The notes under the pieces were generated by a model. It worked only from the letters and a program-made list of their open reading frames with translations, was not told where the DNA came from and made no database searches. DNA of 64,000 nucleotides from Zancudomyces culisetae HAW-14-8 (taxonomy: Eukaryota; Fungi; Kickxellomycota), in assembly GCA_052426225.1 (NCBI GenBank), contig JBNJNM010000007.1, forward strand, positions 744,001 through 808,000. Direction: 5' to 3'. Below are positions 61,700-64,000 of the stretch, piece after piece (position 1 is the stretch's first letter; each line of letters opens with the position of its first letter). The position numbers were made by a program, and so were the translations under genes.

Positions 61700-63379
61700 A
61701 TGGAAAGATCAGTTCTGGGGTTGGGTTTTTACGTACACGACTATATTCTGAGTGTATTACTTTCAATACAGTTTGTTGACGACCTTGTGTTGTTTGTAAC
61801 TGAGAGCGAATATAGACACATACTGACAAATCTACTCTACCTACCATTATTGGTGTGTGATATAAAATGGCTATTAAAATACATCGTCTCGGATCAATGG
61901 CTACAAGAAATGCTCGTTTTTATTAAGAACGTGGTTTTACTTTATCTATGTTGTTACCAAATATCGGGAAAAATTCGGAAAGCAGTAAAGGAACTAGCCG
62001 TGCCCTATGGTTTAAAAAAAGTAAAATGCATAGAAGCTGGTATTAACCGCAGTTCTTTGAAAGGGTCCAGAGACAAACGTGAGGTTTATGGGAAGCACAT
62101 GAATCAAACTATATGCAGAGTTAATTCGGAGCAAGGAAGACGTATTTTGATCGGTGGAGGGTTTTCATCGGAATATGTAAAGCATCCAGATACAATATTC
62201 AATAAAAATCGGGCTTTTCTAAGAAACCAACACAAACACACAATATTGACCAGAGGAATGAATCTCAGCGATATCCTATACAGCAGATACTTGTTATATT
62301 TTCTGTCATATGTTGATTTGAGCGAATCGATGGAAGCAATCCAACCAACCCTGGAACGTGTAATCAGGAAAGAGATTATATCCTCTGGAAGCGTGTATAA
62401 TGGAAATGAGGTTGTGGCTAACAACTTGTATGAAACAGTAAAAAATATGGTTAGATTTGCCGTAGTATTTAGATTTTTTGGCCCATACGCAATAAGAGAC
62501 AAGGAATTGGTTGAAAGCTTGAAAAAAGCGACGATGCCGGTCAATCTTGGAGACGTCAATGATCAAAAATTTTCTTCAGCACTGTTTACTGCGGGATATT
62601 TGGGCAATAACTATTTTTATGAGTATTTTGAACTTGAGTCGAGCCGCAGAAAATACCTTCCCGAATATAGTAAACCAACTGATATAATACAATTTTTTAC
62701 AGACAATTTTAGCATTTTCCAAGCGGAGCTAACGAGCGTTGCGTATTGCATACAGAAAGCTATAGCCATTGGTGTGGAAGTGACATCAAGACGAATGTTT
62801 AATTTATTTGTAGAGCTTAGTCTGAGGCCTGACGTCTACAAAGAGTTGCTGCAAGAGCAACAAGATCTAATTGAAAAAAATGGTGGTAACAACCATATTC
62901 CATTTGAAATGTTGGACGAAATGGTGTACTTGGATGCGTTCATTAAAGAAACGATCAGACTTTCGGGGTCGGATTTATTCATGCCCCGTTGCACGACCCA
63001 GGAAGTAGTGATGTCTAATGGGGTGACCATTTCTAAACATCAATATGTGAGTTTTAACATTCAGGCGCATAATAGGGATCCCGAAATATTTGGACCAAAT
63101 GCGAATGAATTCGACTACAAGCGACACATTCGTCTTGGGCTGAAACTAACAGATGCTTCGTTGGCTAATTTAATGTGGGGTGCTGGCAATCGGGTCTGTT
63201 TAGCAAGAATATATGCAGCTGCGCTTATGAAGCTGATGTTGGCAATGATCATTAGAAAATACGAGGTGCATGCCAATTATGCTGTTAAAAAAGACAGACA
63301 TGGACAATCCGCATTCTCTCACTATACATCCCTTAGCGACTTTTGCATAAACAAAGGATTATACTTTAAGATTCGTTGA
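61700..63379 (+). CDS. Divergent cytochrome P450
   Basis: K-helix YLDAFIKETIRL (ExxR), HNRDPEIFGPNANEFDYKRH meander, heme motif WGAGNRVCLAR, and a hydrophobic N-terminal anchor. Intronless. Confidence 0.9.
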   Translation: MERSVLGLGFYVHDYILSVLLSIQFVDDLVLFVTESEYRHILTNLLYLPLLVCDIKWLLKYIVSDQWLQEMLVFIKNVVLLYLCCYQISGKIRKAVKELAVPYGLKKVKCIEAGINRSSLKGSRDKREVYGKHMNQTICRVNSEQGRRILIGGGFSSEYVKHPDTIFNKNRAFLRNQHKHTILTRGMNLSDILYSRYLLYFLSYVDLSESMEAIQPTLERVIRKEIISSGSVYNGNEVVANNLYETVKNMVRFAVVFRFFGPYAIRDKELVESLKKATMPVNLGDVNDQKFSSALFTAGYLGNNYFYEYFELESSRRKYLPEYSKPTDIIQFFTDNFSIFQAELTSVAYCIQKAIAIGVEVTSRRMFNLFVELSLRPDVYKELLQEQQDLIEKNGGNNHIPFEMLDEMVYLDAFIKETIRLSGSDLFMPRCTTQEVVMSNGVTISKHQYVSFNIQAHNRDPEIFGPNANEFDYKRHIRLGLKLTDASLANLMWGAGNRVCLARIYAAALMKLMLAMIIRKYEVHANYAVKKDRHGQSAFSHYTSLSDFCINKGLYFKIR

Positions 63380-64000
63380 TTATGTAGTGTGTTACATTTT
63401 TTTGTTGCTTTGGTCAATAGTTAATTAAATAAAGTAAAGATAATAATGTTTTTAAACGTTCCAAAAAATAAAAGCAATACATAAAAGAGAAAAGTTGAAA
63501 CAGAACATTAGCATTATACCCTTGATTAGGTTTTGATAATACACGGTATTACTATAGTTGAATTTGACAAAAAATACTCTTGATGTGCTTGAGGGTTTAC
63601 TTTAGCTAAATACGAATGTATATAGTCGAGTGAAATGAAAGCTTATTACTATTATGCGAACATCCAAATATTAATATTCATAAATACTCATTATAGCCAA
63701 ATCAAATTATTATCAGTATCGCAGAAATCAAAAATCAATATATATACGGCTTTAGTTTATTTTATTTGTTAGGCTAATTTTTTATAAAACTGTATTTTTT
63801 TGTCTGTCATTTCATACGTCATATGAATAAAGATTCTAAAGTTTAATTCGTTTTTTATCGATTTTTTGTTTAATCTATTTAAACGAGTATCTAGATAAAA
63901 ATATTCTATATATAATAAGGATGGTACACGATAATTGTACTGGTTGTTCGAATAATAATAAGTTATCATTTCATTCAACTAAACATATTATTATACACCT

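Overview
AT-rich eukaryotic (fungal) genomic DNA with short GT-AG introns. There is no rRNA, tRNA or CRISPR array that I can support. Gene content and style suggest an early-diverging fungus, probably a Kickxellomycotina/Harpellales insect-gut fungus (inference, not a database result). About 20 protein genes are present, in order: KAT14/CSRP2BP-like acetyltransferase, GPI14/PIG-M, URB1/NPA1, AIF/AMID-like oxidoreductase, a TM-ARM-SPRY protein, secreted S8 subtilase (I9-S8-PA-Fn3), cap methyltransferase ABD1, a six-exon AGTRAP-like membrane protein missed by the ORF track, a TFIIB-like paralog without a zinc ribbon, a CINP-like protein, ARC18/ARPC3, a Tc1/mariner transposase fragment, a small secreted CBM19-like protein, a NEDD1-like WD40 protein, PRP21/SF3A1, RPT4, an F-box-like/ankyrin protein, ICln/LOT5 and a divergent cytochrome P450. 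The most striking unexplained signal is a repeating sawtooth of strand composition, from G/A-rich to C/T-rich over about 5-13 kb with abrupt resets marked by C-tracts and G-tracts. It is strong enough to reshape protein composition and resembles dense replication-origin skew domains. The second is a pair of otherwise intact genes carrying in-frame stops: TAG in ICln and TGA in the ankyrin gene. All exon models and skew estimates were made by eye.
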